36,788 nt of DNA from Candidatus Sumerlaeales bacterium (GCA_038243585.1 JBBSQY010000035.1:1-36788); one strand, 5' to 3'. Positions 25,602 to 36,292 are shown, counted from the stretch's first letter. The notes: a model not told the origin generated them from the letters alone. Numbers and translations: made by a program.

Positions 25602-26777
25602 TTACAGTTGAAGTGAAGCGATAGAAGTTGGCCAGGGATTATCATTGTACAAAGTGGAAACAAAACACGGTTTAGGAAAGGCATAGAAATATCCCGGGTG
25701 GAAATGTGACCCGTGTTCTTCGAGCAGAAACTCCACTAGTTGATTCTCATCTGAAAATTTTGGCTGCTCCAGCGACGCGCAGAGGTATGGACCCGCCTCC
25801 GGGATTGATACGTTCCAACCTACAGTGCGCCCTAGTCGTCCCTCTAATCTGGCTCGTTGCAGCGCCGAGAGGCGATAAACCTCCGTCATTGCTCGGGACC
25901 CCAGCAGATTAGGGATGGCCGCCTGCGTAATCTCCTGAACGGGCAAAAATGAGTCTTGCATATATTCCAAAGCGTTCAGCATGGGCGCATACGCTGCGGT
26001 TTCTCCCTCTACCACGATCCATCCCGCCTTTAAGCCCGGAAGATAATGGGATTTTGATAACCCATTCAAGGTATACGAAAGTCGCGATCCAAAGCTACCC
26101 GGCCGCGGTACCTGCGCGTTCTCCAGTCGGGTGTAGCTGCGAAAGACCTCATCCATGATCAATGGCACGTTGGCCCTGTTAGCGACCTCACAAATGGCAC
26201 CCATTTCAGTTTCGTTGATAATGGTTCCGGTCGGATTATGAGGACTGACTAACACAATCGCGCAGGTCCGCGGCGTGATCTGAAATTCCAGTTCCATCGG
26301 ATCAATTACCCAGCGCGTGGTTCCACTGGCATCCGTGGTTTTATCCAGATGATACCGCCGAACCCGAAGTCCCGCAATTTTCGCCAGGTCGTCAAACAAA
26401 GGGTAGGTCGGAGCAGGACAGAGCACCTCGCCATGTTCCCTTGCTAACAGGCGAAACAGGTAAAAATACGCCAGGCTTGTGCCGGGAGTAAGCAACACTT
26501 GCGTCGGAATAATGCTGTTCCCGTGCCTGGCGGCTATGACTTTCCGCGCCGCCAGGCACCCGAGGGGATCCGCAGAGTAACGAGCGCTGCGCGCACCCGC
26601 CTCTGCGAGTACTTCTTTAAGCAGGTCCGCATCAAACCGGAAGCCGTGATCATAAGGATTTGCCGTAATGAAATCCTGAACAGGCAACCCGGCATCCACT
26701 CGCGCTTGTAATTTTCTCGCCAGCGGCGACGCCTCCGGCGTTCCCCATTCACGCCAGAGCGGCTGCCCTCTACTCAT
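25602..26777 (-). CDS. Pyridoxal-phosphate-dependent aminotransferase class I/II
   Basis: LTPGTS, PTYPLF, SPHNPTG, DEVF and PLP lysine in NGLSKS...GLKAGW. Confidence 0.9.
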   Translation of the reverse strand: MSRGQPLWREWGTPEASPLARKLQARVDAGLPVQDFITANPYDHGFRFDADLLKEVLAEAGARSARYSADPLGCLAARKVIAARHGNSIIPTQVLLTPGTSLAYFYLFRLLAREHGEVLCPAPTYPLFDDLAKIAGLRVRRYHLDKTTDASGTTRWVIDPMELEFQITPRTCAIVLVSPHNPTGTIINETEMGAICEVANRANVPLIMDEVFRSYTRLENAQVPRPGSFGSRLSYTLNGLSKSHYLPGLKAGWIVVEGETAAYAPMLNALEYMQDSFLPVQEITQAAIPNLLGSRAMTEVYRLSALQRARLEGRLGRTVGWNVSIPEAGPYLCASLEQPKFSDENQLVEFLLEEHGSHFHPGYFYAFPKPCFVSTLYNDNPWPTSIASLQL

Positions 26778-26788
26778 ATGAACCGGTT

Positions 26789-27181
26789 CTATCGCTTTTT
26801 AAGGTCGAGAGATGCGCTGTTCATGCAATAGCGCTGGCCAGTAGGCGCCGGGCCATCGTTAAATACATGGCCCAGATGTCCCCCGCATTTGGCACATAGC
26901 GCCTCTGTGCGCGTCATCCCGTGAGCAGTGTCGCTCTCCGTGGCAACACAGTCGCCAATCGGTTGAAAAAAGCTGGGCCAGCCGGTACCGCTGTCGAACT
27001 TTGTAGAAGAGTCAAAAAGTGGCTCCCCGCACGCGGCGCACTGGTAAACCCCTTCCGCTTTTTCATCATTGTATTTATTGGCGAAAGGTCGCTCCGTGCC
27101 CTTCTCGCGCAGAATTCTATATTGTTCCGGAGAAAGCTCCTGCTTCCATTGCTCATCAGTTTTTTTAGTGCTGTCAGCCAT
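26789..27181 (-). CDS. msrB: Peptide-methionine (R)-S-oxide reductase
   Basis: [49 protein letters not shown]. Confidence 0.97.
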   Translation of the reverse strand: MADSTKKTDEQWKQELSPEQYRILREKGTERPFANKYNDEKAEGVYQCAACGEPLFDSSTKFDSGTGWPSFFQPIGDCVATESDTAHGMTRTEALCAKCGGHLGHVFNDGPAPTGQRYCMNSASLDLKKR

Positions 27182-27287
27182 GAGTCGTTTCCTTTTCTTT
27201 ATATGTCTTTGCTATATAGACTTCAATGCGCAAAGGGTATTCCTGCTGGTCAGGAATACCACGCCTGCATTTGAATACGCTTTTCCC

Positions 27288-28208
27288 ATGCGCCAAATTG
27301 GATTTATAGACACCGAAAGCCAGGCCCGGGTTTTTCGGTCGTACCTGCTGACCCTGGGGATGCACTCAGACGTAGAGTCGGCCGGCGACAAGCGCTGGTC
27401 TGTATGGGTGCATGAAGAAACCCGGCTGGAAGATGGCCGTATTGAACTGGAAAAATACCTGGCCGATCCAAAAAATCCACGATACCAGGCGGCGGCGGCC
27501 TTGGGCCAGGAAATCGAGAAGACGGAAAAAAAGGAAGTCAAGCGCTTCAAAAACCGTCACGTGGATATGCGTACTCAGTGGCATAAGAGCCAGATGATGG
27601 GCGGGAAACTTACGCTGATCCTTATTTTTATCAGCGTCGCGGTGACGGCTCTCATGTATATGCCTGGGTGGGGACAAGTTATCAGGCAATGGTTTTCCAT
27701 CATGGGATACCAGGTCGAAGGCAACATGATGTATTACAGCAAACGCCCCCTCGACGAAGTTTTGCACGGTCAGATATGGCGGCTTATCACCCCGATATTT
27801 CTGCATTTTGGCATCATGCACATCCTGTTTAATATGCTTTGGCTTAAGGCCTTGGGGGGTGCGGTTGAAGCCGTGGAGGGAACCTGGCGACTGGCTCTAC
27901 ATGTGCTGGTATACGCTTTGGCGGGCAATGTGCTCCAGGTTTTCATAGCCGGACCCACGTTTGGCGGTATGTCCGGTGTAAACTATGGACTGCTTGCATA
28001 CGTGTGGCTTGTAGGTAAATACTCCAATGAACAGCGCTACTATATAGACCCGCTTAATCTGGGATTAATGATGGTTTGGTTTTTCGCCTGCCTGTTCGGT
28101 CTCATCCCGAACATTGCAAACGGCGCCCACGCGGGTGGGCTTGTGCTGGGGGCAATCTGGGCGACAGTTCATCTCCGGCGGATTCCTTTTACCAACTTCA
28201 GGTTTTAG
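27288..28208 (+). CDS. Rhomboid intramembrane serine protease (GlpG-like, with N-terminal cytoplasmic domain)
   Basis: WRLITPIFLHF..HILFNMLW, catalytic GMSG and AHAGG. Start at ATG 27288; the track's 27069 overlaps msrB. Confidence 0.92.
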   Translation: MRQIGFIDTESQARVFRSYLLTLGMHSDVESAGDKRWSVWVHEETRLEDGRIELEKYLADPKNPRYQAAAALGQEIEKTEKKEVKRFKNRHVDMRTQWHKSQMMGGKLTLILIFISVAVTALMYMPGWGQVIRQWFSIMGYQVEGNMMYYSKRPLDEVLHGQIWRLITPIFLHFGIMHILFNMLWLKALGGAVEAVEGTWRLALHVLVYALAGNVLQVFIAGPTFGGMSGVNYGLLAYVWLVGKYSNEQRYYIDPLNLGLMMVWFFACLFGLIPNIANGAHAGGLVLGAIWATVHLRRIPFTNFRF

Positions 28209-28430
28209 CCTATCCTTCTGCAGGACGGGCCTTACAAGCAAACTATACGATAGCTTGTGGGCTTCCTTAAAGAGAAAATGTAGCATCATACGTATTCATG
28301 GTTGAAATACGGGAGCAGGCATTCCATAGGTTGCATTGTTCTACGCGCGATAATCCTGGCGAACCCGGCGCCTGGTGTTGTCGCAATGCGTTTCTCTTGT
28401 AGCCGGGTAGTCTGCTGAGGATATAATAAC

Positions 28431-28874
28431 GTGGAACAGAAAACGCCTTCTCATGGCACCGCCTTTTGGCGTATGCCCAAACCGGTTATTGAGCCTGCCG
28501 GCTCTGCAACAGCAAATACCCCGGGACCCGAAAAGGTTCAGTTAGCCCGGGAACTGGCCGCGAAAGCAGCCGAAATAATTCCATCAACATTTGAAAAGGT
28601 TCTGCCCCGCGGATATACAGTTGCGGGATCCGTGCTCATTATGGCCCGATTTGAAATAATCGGGTCACGCGGCTACGCCTTGTATGGGCGTCATAGCCAT
28701 TGGGGCGATAAGGAAACAGTCGTATTTCTTCGAGATATTGAAGAAGACTGGCTGGCCGAACTCGGAAGTTATATGCGATGGCAGCTTCGCCATGATCCTT
28801 TGGCCAATGCCACGTTTCAGCACGCTCTTGTTCATTTGCAAGAGGAAGCGGCGCAGCGCGTTAAAGCCGTCTAG
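28431..28874 (+). CDS. Hypothetical protein
   Basis: 147-aa ORF with a GAGGA SD before GTG, followed by a terminator; no recognisable motif. Confidence 0.65.
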   Translation: MEQKTPSHGTAFWRMPKPVIEPAGSATANTPGPEKVQLARELAAKAAEIIPSTFEKVLPRGYTVAGSVLIMARFEIIGSRGYALYGRHSHWGDKETVVFLRDIEEDWLAELGSYMRWQLRHDPLANATFQHALVHLQEEAAQRVKAV

Positions 28875-28927
28875 ACGCTGGTGTTACATGGGCATTTGAC
28901 ACAAAAACATAAGCCACTAAAAAAGCA

Positions 28928-28958
28928 AAAAAGGACGGAAGAATCTTCCGTCCTTTTT
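28928..28958. terminator. Bidirectional intrinsic terminator
   Basis: AAAAAGGACGGAAGA-A-TCTTCCGTCCTTTTT between convergent genes. Confidence 0.9.
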
Positions 28959-29004
28959 AACGTTATGCCCAAGCTAACGCTTGTGCCATCAATCGTATTT
29001 CGGT

Positions 29005-29598
29005 TTATTTAACGTCAAGCAGTTCTATGTCGAACAGAAGCGTGGCGTTGGCAGGGATTGGTCCCATGCCGTCAGCGCCGTAACCCTGTTCTGCTGGGAT
29101 GGTCAGGCTGCGATGTCCGCCCACTTTCATTCCAACAAGGCCTTGGGTCCAGCCTTCAATCACCTGCGTCTTGCCGATGGTGAGTGTAAATGGCTGACCG
29201 CTATCCAGGCTGCTGTCAAATTTCTTGCCGTCTGTCAATGTGCCCGTATAATGGACGTCCACTGTGCTGCCACGGACAGCTTCTTTGCCTGTGCCTACCT
29301 CAGTATCGATATACTTAGTTCCTCCAGGCAGCGTTACTTCGGCGCCCGTTGCCGCTGCAGGAGCGGCAGGAGCCGCAGGAGTGGCAGCGTCAGCTGCGGG
29401 GGGCAAAGCTTCCGCTGGCGTCTCCACCGGAGCGGTGGCGTCAACTTCAGCAGCGACTGTTGTGTCACCCTCCGTTCCTGCGACCGGGGCTTCTGTTACC
29501 ACTTCAGTGGTAGTGCTTTCCTGCTCCTTGTTGCATCCGGCGGTGGTAAGAGCAGCCACGGCCAATAAAACGATGAACCAGCGATTCATATATTTCAC
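29005..29598 (-). CDS. FKBP-type peptidyl-prolyl isomerase, lipoprotein
   Basis: Lipobox TAGC, Ala/Pro/Thr linker, VHYTGTL.DG.KFDSS, VIEGW..G and IPANATLLFDIELL. Confidence 0.95.
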   Translation of the reverse strand: MKYMNRWFIVLLAVAALTTAGCNKEQESTTTEVVTEAPVAGTEGDTTVAAEVDATAPVETPAEALPPAADAATPAAPAAPAAATGAEVTLPGGTKYIDTEVGTGKEAVRGSTVDVHYTGTLTDGKKFDSSLDSGQPFTLTIGKTQVIEGWTQGLVGMKVGGHRSLTIPAEQGYGADGMGPIPANATLLFDIELLDVK

Positions 29599-29725
29599 CT
29601 TTCTGATATGTCAAAATTTCTGAATTTGACGAGTAGCAACCTACCCGACTTACGATGTGTCATGCGCCGAAAAGCGCTCCGCAACCTCAAATGAGTTTTG
29701 ACCCGCCATGTAGCGTAAAGCTATT

Positions 29726-30319
29726 ATGGCTATAATTCTAGGAGTAAGCGGCAGTCTGAGGAATGGTTCCACAACACTGACGCTAGTAAATAAAACATTG
29801 GAATTTGCCCGCGAAGCCGGTGCCGAGACCCGTTTGCTGGATCTGCGGGAATACCCTCTCCCCTTATACGAAGCTCACGAGAGCTACAAGGAAAACGCAC
29901 TGGTGGAGCGGATGATGAAAGTTGTGGAGGAGTGTGACGCCCTGGTCCTTGGCAGTCCGGAATATCACTCCTGCATGAGCGGCGCCATGAAAAATTTCAT
30001 GGATTTTCTCTACCGGGAGTTCGCCGGTAAAGTATTTGGACTGGTTTCGGCCACCGGCGGAAGCCAGGGCATCGGATGCTTTGATAGCATGCGCGCTTCA
30101 GTCCAGGCGTGCCATGGGTGGGTGCTTCCCTATGTTACGGCGGCCAATGGGCGGGATATCAGCGAAGCGGGAGAAATTACCAACCCTCGAACCCTGGATC
30201 GTCTTCGGCGCATGGGTCGGGATCTGGCTTTTTATGCCCCACTGATCCACGGCCAGTTCGTGAAAGACAGCGAACAATCAGCAGACGAAATCCCCGGTTT
30301 TGCGCAATGGCTGTCGTGA
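29726..30319 (+). CDS. NAD(P)H-dependent FMN reductase (flavodoxin-like)
   Basis: GSLRNGSTT, LPLY, SPEYH.CMSGAMKN..D and ATGGSQG. Confidence 0.9.
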   Translation: MAIILGVSGSLRNGSTTLTLVNKTLEFAREAGAETRLLDLREYPLPLYEAHESYKENALVERMMKVVEECDALVLGSPEYHSCMSGAMKNFMDFLYREFAGKVFGLVSATGGSQGIGCFDSMRASVQACHGWVLPYVTAANGRDISEAGEITNPRTLDRLRRMGRDLAFYAPLIHGQFVKDSEQSADEIPGFAQWLS

Positions 30320-30423
30320 CAGAAAATTAATGTCAGTAGTTTGCTCTTGCTCCCGCAACTTTGAATTGTCCGGTTAGTCCAATAATATTAAAGAGATAAC
30401 TTAAAAGAGGAGTTACACAAGCA

Positions 30424-31167
30424 ATGTCAACGATTCACAAGATCCTGTTAATGACAATGGCCGCATCAATGGTTTCTGTCAGCGCCATGGCGCAAACTAC
30501 GACAGCTACTGAAAGCGCATCAACGACTGCGACCGCAGACGCCAAAAGCACAGCCACTGCTTCCAGTGGAAACATGAAAGCTTTAAAACTGGATCTGCCG
30601 AAGCCTGTTTTCGTGGGTACTCCCAAAAACATAAAAGTGGAAAATCTTGAAGTCGCCAGCGCTGCTAAGCGGGAACCCCTGCAGGTGCCGGCCGACGTAA
30701 CAAATCTGGCTGAGGGTAAAGAAGTAACGGCCAGCGACGAGGAGCCAATTATTGGCGACATGGAACAGGTAACCGATGGCGATAAGGAAGCCGCCGACGG
30801 CAGCTACGTGGAATTTGGTCCCGGCGCACAGTGGGTTCAGATCGATCTTGGCCAGTCGTCAGAGGTTTACGCGGTTGTCTTATGGCACTATCATTCGATG
30901 GCGCGTGTTTATAATGATGTTGTCATAAAAATAGCAGATGACGCAGATATGATCTCCAATGTCCAAACCATCTTCAACAACGATCACGATAACTCATCTA
31001 ATCTGGGCGTAGGCAAAGATAAGGCTTACATCGAGACCAACGAAGGCAAAGTGATTGACGCCAAGGGCGTAAAGGGCCGCTATCTGCGCCTTTACAGCAA
31101 CGGAAACACTGCCAATGAACTGAACGATTATATCGAAGTGGAAGCTTACGGACGCCCTGTTAAGTAA
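30424..31167 (+). CDS. Secreted discoidin/F5-8 type C domain protein with Thr/Ser/Ala-rich N-terminus
   Basis: Signal peptide (AMA|Q), TNLAEGKEVTAS, VTDGD, QWVQIDLG, GRYLRLYSNG and YIEVEAYG; AGAGGAG SD. Confidence 0.8.
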   Translation: MSTIHKILLMTMAASMVSVSAMAQTTTATESASTTATADAKSTATASSGNMKALKLDLPKPVFVGTPKNIKVENLEVASAAKREPLQVPADVTNLAEGKEVTASDEEPIIGDMEQVTDGDKEAADGSYVEFGPGAQWVQIDLGQSSEVYAVVLWHYHSMARVYNDVVIKIADDADMISNVQTIFNNDHDNSSNLGVGKDKAYIETNEGKVIDAKGVKGRYLRLYSNGNTANELNDYIEVEAYGRPVK

Positions 31168-31173
31168 TAACTG

Positions 31174-32769
31174 GTGACCTTCGAATTACTAAAGCGCCGA
31201 GGCGCCTGGTGGCTGCTTGCGGCTACGCTGGCCCTCGGCGCTTTCTGTTTTCGGCTTCCAAAGCTGGCGGATCGACCCATGCACACCGACGAAGCCGTGC
31301 ACGCCGCCAAGCTGGGGATACTTCTGGAAACAGGGCAATACGAATACGATCCTCATGAGTATCACGGCCCGGTAATCTACTATGCAGCGCAACCGTTTGT
31401 ACGAGCGACCGGCGCAGCCACCCTGGCCCAGGTGGCCGATGAGACGCCGCTTCGCCTGCCAATCGTTTGCTTTGGTGCGTTGCTTGTGTTCGTCACCGCG
31501 ATGTCCGCCGGCAGCCTCGGGCGCTGGGAGGCGGGCTTTGCCGCTCTGCTGATCGCCGTTTCGCCGGCCTTCAGTTTTTACAGCCGCTACTATATCCAGG
31601 AAGTGCCTTTCGTGCTGTTTTGCTTCGTGACGCTTGGTGCCGGATGGCGGCTTCTGGAAACGCATCGAATTGTATGGGCAGTAGCGGCCGGTCTGGCGCT
31701 CGGAGTGGCCATAGCGCTTAAAGAAACCTGGATTATGGTAATGGGAACAGCCGCCCTGGCCGGTGGGCTTCTTCATCTTACCAGCACCCGCAGACCCTGG
31801 CCGTTGCCGTTCCTCTGGGGCCGGTTCGCTGGCCTGTTTTTCCTGACCGGAGTCGTCGGCCTGTTTACGGCTTTGATGCTGCTTTCTAATTTTTTTAGAC
31901 ATCCCCGGGCGATCGCAGACGCCTTTGGCGCCTTGCTTGGATATGCGTCGCGCGGCGTATCCGGCGACAGCAGCACCTTCGGCGCAGCCATCCATGATCA
32001 TCCATGGCATTACTATCTTCAACTACTTGCGTGGCCCTCAGTGGACGGCCCGTGGCTGTGGACCGAGGGTGGAACGCTCATCCTCGGTTGCGTCGGTATC
32101 GCCGCGGTAATTCGCCAGTGGCCGACAGCCCGCGGCGTTTGGCATTTTATCGTCATTTTTGCTATCCTGATTACAGCGTTCTACAGCGCCATCCCATACA
32201 AGACGCCATGGAACGTGCTGCCGATGTTGATGGCGTGGTGTCTGCTGGCCGGTCGCGGCTTCGCCGCCCTCCTGCAAATGGCGGGCAGCCGTCGTTGGGC
32301 AGCCGGCGTTGTCGCCATCCTATTGATGACACTCCCGGCCACGCTGGCGGTGCAGTCATGGCGGGCCACCATTGCGCGCCCTTCCGACATTCGAAATCCA
32401 TACGCCTACTCAGCCACGTCCTCAAACATCCTTCGCCTCGCCAAACGCGCGGAACAACTGGCCGCTGTCGCTCCGGCTGGAGACAGGATGTTAATCCAGA
32501 TCATCGCCCCGGCCAATGACTACTGGCCGCTGCCGTGGTACCTGCGAAAGTTTCCCCAGATCGGCTATTACCCGGATTTTTCCTCCGTCAGCTCAGATGC
32601 TGCCATTATCATATCCACCATTGATCCCGACAAGACAACCCTCGCCGCCGCCGGCCCCCGCCAGACCGAATATTACGGCCTGCGCGCCGAATCCATCCTC
32701 ACCACGCTGATCCGACAGGACCTGTGGGACGCCTTTATGGCGCGGCAAATGGAGAATACTAACCGATGA
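31174..32769 (+). CDS. Polytopic GT-C-fold glycosyltransferase-like protein (TIGR03663/Agl23-like, PMT superfamily)
   Basis: RLPKL..RPMHTDEAVHA acidic motif after TM1, YDPHEYHGP, SP...FYSRYYIQE, KET, YKTPW and WPLPWYLR; many TM helices. Confidence 0.8.
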   Translation: MTFELLKRRGAWWLLAATLALGAFCFRLPKLADRPMHTDEAVHAAKLGILLETGQYEYDPHEYHGPVIYYAAQPFVRATGAATLAQVADETPLRLPIVCFGALLVFVTAMSAGSLGRWEAGFAALLIAVSPAFSFYSRYYIQEVPFVLFCFVTLGAGWRLLETHRIVWAVAAGLALGVAIALKETWIMVMGTAALAGGLLHLTSTRRPWPLPFLWGRFAGLFFLTGVVGLFTALMLLSNFFRHPRAIADAFGALLGYASRGVSGDSSTFGAAIHDHPWHYYLQLLAWPSVDGPWLWTEGGTLILGCVGIAAVIRQWPTARGVWHFIVIFAILITAFYSAIPYKTPWNVLPMLMAWCLLAGRGFAALLQMAGSRRWAAGVVAILLMTLPATLAVQSWRATIARPSDIRNPYAYSATSSNILRLAKRAEQLAAVAPAGDRMLIQIIAPANDYWPLPWYLRKFPQIGYYPDFSSVSSDAAIIISTIDPDKTTLAAAGPRQTEYYGLRAESILTTLIRQDLWDAFMARQMENTNR

Positions 32770-33698
32770 ACCTGCACCCGCACATGCATCGCTTCTCGTC
32801 CGAAGTCATGACGACCAGTTTTGAGGCCGTTATCATTCATGAGGATGCTCACTACGCCAAAACGGCTGCGGCGGCGGTTTTCAGAGAAGTCTCTCGCCTG
32901 GAGCTTCTGCTGAGCCGCCATAACCCGGGCACGGATCTTTCCCAGGTTAATCGGTTGGGACCCGGACAATGGATGGCGGTAAATCTTGAAGTGGTCGAAT
33001 GCCTCGAAATTGCCGCGCGGGCTTACCACGAAACTGCTGGCGCGTTCGACGTGGCATTTCGATCAACGGAAGGCGGCACCCGGCCATCCGCCATGAATGC
33101 GCTGCTGCTGAGCAGACCTGACAAGGACGAACCGGACATGCCTTCGGATTACCTGGTGGGAGTTGATCCTGAGCCAGATACCGATAACGGGAGCGCGGAA
33201 CAGGGCGAGAGTTCCGGAATATTTAATGGTCTGGACATCGACCTCGGCGGCATAGGAAAAGGTTATGCCCTGGACAAGGCGCAGACGATTCTGGACGATT
33301 GGGATATTGATAACGTGCTGTTAAGCAGCGGCACCAGCACTGTGCTCGCTCGCGGTCCCGGTCCCTCCGGGGACGGCTGGCCCGTGGGCGTATCCGGCGA
33401 CTGGAGCGATGTGACAGGGCTCTCGATAACGCACCTGGTCAACTGCGCCCTCAGCGGCAGCGGGACCGCGGTAAAGGGCAGTCACATCAGGGTTCCAGCC
33501 ACCGGCGACGCCGCCCCGGCCATAGCCGCCTGGACCAAGTCAAGATCCGCCGCCTGGACCGATGCCATATCCACCGCGCTAATGGTAATGCCAGAAGCTG
33601 CGGCCCGCCCGCTCTGCGCTCAAAATTCAGATATAGCAGCCGTCGTACTCTACCCCGATGGCTCAGGGGCCTGTGTGCTGCTTGAGGGCGACTGGTAA
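32766..33698 (+). CDS. apbE: FAD:protein FMN transferase (ApbE family)
   Basis: MTT.F, LSRH...DLSQVN, TAGAFDV, DLGGIGKGYALD, GW.VGV, SGSG..HI and DAISTA; ATGA overlap with the upstream gene; no signal peptide. Confidence 0.88.
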   Translation: MNLHPHMHRFSSEVMTTSFEAVIIHEDAHYAKTAAAAVFREVSRLELLLSRHNPGTDLSQVNRLGPGQWMAVNLEVVECLEIAARAYHETAGAFDVAFRSTEGGTRPSAMNALLLSRPDKDEPDMPSDYLVGVDPEPDTDNGSAEQGESSGIFNGLDIDLGGIGKGYALDKAQTILDDWDIDNVLLSSGTSTVLARGPGPSGDGWPVGVSGDWSDVTGLSITHLVNCALSGSGTAVKGSHIRVPATGDAAPAIAAWTKSRSAAWTDAISTALMVMPEAAARPLCAQNSDIAAVVLYPDGSGACVLLEGDW

Positions 33699-33784
33699 TT
33701 TAAATCGAGATAGCACGCCTCATGATTATGCTGCACCCTGATTGACCAGTTCGTAACTCGTGATTGGACTGTCAAAGTACCAAC

Positions 33785-36193
33785 CTACCCGCGTAGCGTC
33801 ACTCCTAATTTGGCGTCCAGGTCTCCCAGGATTTTCTCGATCAACTGGTTCACTTCGTCATCGGTAAGCGTCCGGTCCGCTGCGCTGAATTTCAGGCTAT
33901 AGGCCATGCTGCGTTTTCCAGCCGCCATCTTTTCCCCTTCATACACGTCGAACAGTTTAATGCCCGTCAGCAGAGTTTTTCCACGCTTGGCGATGGCGGC
34001 TTCGATATCTGCCGCGAGAACGGACTTATCGGCAACAAGCGCCAGATCGCGTGTCGATGCGGGAAAGATTGGCACCTCTGAAATCTTCGGGTGTCTGGAC
34101 AGCAGCGGCGTCAGCGCGGTAAACGATCCGATAATCAAAACCGCGTCGCGCTTCAGATCCATATTATCCGCCACCTGGGGGTGCAGGTGGCCGACCATCA
34201 ACAGCGGCTTGCCTTCATGCTCAAGCACAGCGCTTTTCCCGGGATGAAAAGCCGCTCCCTCTCCTTCGGCGTTGACGGAACTGCTGACAATACCTTTAAC
34301 GTGCAGCGAATCCAGCAGAGCTTCACAAACTGCGCGGCCGTCATAGAAATCAACCGGGCGAGACGCGTTACGCCACCCATCGGCAAAGGCATTTCCGCTC
34401 ATCAGAGCAACGAAGCCCCACTCTTCTTTGACCGCGTTATCGCTGGCAGGCATATAGATTTTTCCGATTTCAAACAACCGCAAATCCAGTTCGCCACGAT
34501 TATGGTTATAGGCTGCGGTTGCCAGAATGGAGGGGAGCAGACTGGTGCGCAAAACCGCATATTCGCCAGACAACGGATTGCTGAGGTGCACCTGTGCCAC
34601 CCCAGTCAGCCCTGCCTTCTCGTTGGCGGCGGCGGCTTCGAAGCTGTAGTTGGTCGCTTCCAGAAAACCGCGTCCGGTCAGCACCCGTCGGATCTGGTAG
34701 GCCAGTTCATTGTCCGCGTTCCGAGTTGCCGGCCGACTGGAGATCGATGGCAGTTGAGACGGAATTTTTTCGTAGCCGACCACTCGTGCGATTTCTTCAA
34801 TCAGATCCACGTCACTTGTAACGTCTGGCCGATGCGCGGGAACTTGCACCATCAGATCGTTCTCGCCTGACGAGTCCAGTTGAAATCCAAGGGCACGCAG
34901 CGGACGAGAGATTTCGTCAATGTTCAGTTCGATACCAAGCAGCCGGTTAACCCTCTGAACATTAAGCGGAATGGCCTGAGTCGCCTGAGGTCCATTTAAA
35001 AACTCCACGCTCTCGGTTACCTTACCACCGGCCGTTTCCACGATGAGCGCCGCAGCCCGATTAATCGCCAGGTCCATGGCAGACCAGTCGGTGCCGCGCT
35101 CGAAACGGTAAGAAGAATCCGTGCTTTTGCCGAGACGCTTTGAAGTGCGCCGTATGGTTGCGGGATCAAAGTAGGCGCATTCCAGAAAAACATCTGTTGT
35201 TGAATCTTCAATTTCGGAGTTCAGACAGCCCATGATTCCTGCCAGGGCAATGGCTTTTTCGGAATCGGCTATCAGTAGATCGCGCTCGCTCAGCGTCAGT
35301 TCCTGAGCATCCAAAGTCGCAATTTTCTCGCCTTTAAATGCGTGGCGTACTACGACTCCGGCGCCGGAGACTTTTTTCAGGTCGAACGCGTGCAACGGTT
35401 GACCCTGCTCCAGCAGTATCAGGTTAGTCACATCCACTATATTGTTAATGCTGCGCAGCCCGGCGCTTTCCACTTTACGCTTAAGCCAGAGCGGGCTTGC
35501 GGAAATTTTAACGCCACGGATGACACGCCCGAGGTAGCGGGGACATGATTCCGGCGCTTCCACCAGCAGGTTTGTACTATCGCCAACTGATGCGGAATTT
35601 TCCGTCGGCACGACGTTGTCACCCGGTCTCCGGGCGCTGTCCAGATCCAGCATGGCCGCAATGTCGCGCGCTATGCCGAAAACCGAAAGGCAGTCCGGAC
35701 GGTTCGGGGTCACTTTAATATCAATCAATGCGTCAAAAGTCTCACCCTCCCGGTAAGGAGAATTAGCATCGTCGGACGGAGGCAGGATGAGCAGCCCATC
35801 ATGATCTTCAGTGAAACCGAGTTCCCGACCACTGCACATCATTCCCTGGCTGGCCTCACCGCGAATTTTGCTCTTTTTTATAGCCATGCCGTTAGGCAGC
35901 ACCGCGCCTTCAAGCGCCAGGGGGATCAGGTCTCCCGGCTGCATGTTTTTTGCGCCACAAACGATTCGAAACGGCTCCCCCTCCCCGGCTTGCACATCGC
36001 ACAGCGAAAGATTATCGGCATTTGGGTGAGGCTCCCGCGTAAGGATGCGTCCGACCACGACACGCCCTCCGGCCACTCCCAAGTCATTTACGCTCTCAAC
36101 TTCAAGCCCCGCCATGGTAAGCGTGGCCAGCAGTTTTTCCAAGGGCACCTCCGTGCCGAGCACTTCCATAAGCCACCGATAACTAAGCTGCAT
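33785..36193 (-). CDS. pheT: Phenylalanine--tRNA ligase beta subunit
   Basis: MQLSYRWL, HPNADNL, IVCGAKN, GMMCS..ELG, TPNRPDCLS, SSYRFERG, DLIEEIAR..GY, RDLAL and RTLTDDEVN. Confidence 0.97.
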   Translation of the reverse strand: MQLSYRWLMEVLGTEVPLEKLLATLTMAGLEVESVNDLGVAGGRVVVGRILTREPHPNADNLSLCDVQAGEGEPFRIVCGAKNMQPGDLIPLALEGAVLPNGMAIKKSKIRGEASQGMMCSGRELGFTEDHDGLLILPPSDDANSPYREGETFDALIDIKVTPNRPDCLSVFGIARDIAAMLDLDSARRPGDNVVPTENSASVGDSTNLLVEAPESCPRYLGRVIRGVKISASPLWLKRKVESAGLRSINNIVDVTNLILLEQGQPLHAFDLKKVSGAGVVVRHAFKGEKIATLDAQELTLSERDLLIADSEKAIALAGIMGCLNSEIEDSTTDVFLECAYFDPATIRRTSKRLGKSTDSSYRFERGTDWSAMDLAINRAAALIVETAGGKVTESVEFLNGPQATQAIPLNVQRVNRLLGIELNIDEISRPLRALGFQLDSSGENDLMVQVPAHRPDVTSDVDLIEEIARVVGYEKIPSQLPSISSRPATRNADNELAYQIRRVLTGRGFLEATNYSFEAAAANEKAGLTGVAQVHLSNPLSGEYAVLRTSLLPSILATAAYNHNRGELDLRLFEIGKIYMPASDNAVKEEWGFVALMSGNAFADGWRNASRPVDFYDGRAVCEALLDSLHVKGIVSSSVNAEGEGAAFHPGKSAVLEHEGKPLLMVGHLHPQVADNMDLKRDAVLIIGSFTALTPLLSRHPKISEVPIFPASTRDLALVADKSVLAADIEAAIAKRGKTLLTGIKLFDVYEGEKMAAGKRSMAYSLKFSAADRTLTDDEVNQLIEKILGDLDAKLGVTLRG

Positions 36194-36292
36194 CGCCGAA
36201 ATATCCTTTTGCCAGGTTAAACAATTTGGAATGGAACGTTAATGACAAACCAACGGCCACCGCTCTTCCATCCTGGTTGAAAACCGATTTTA

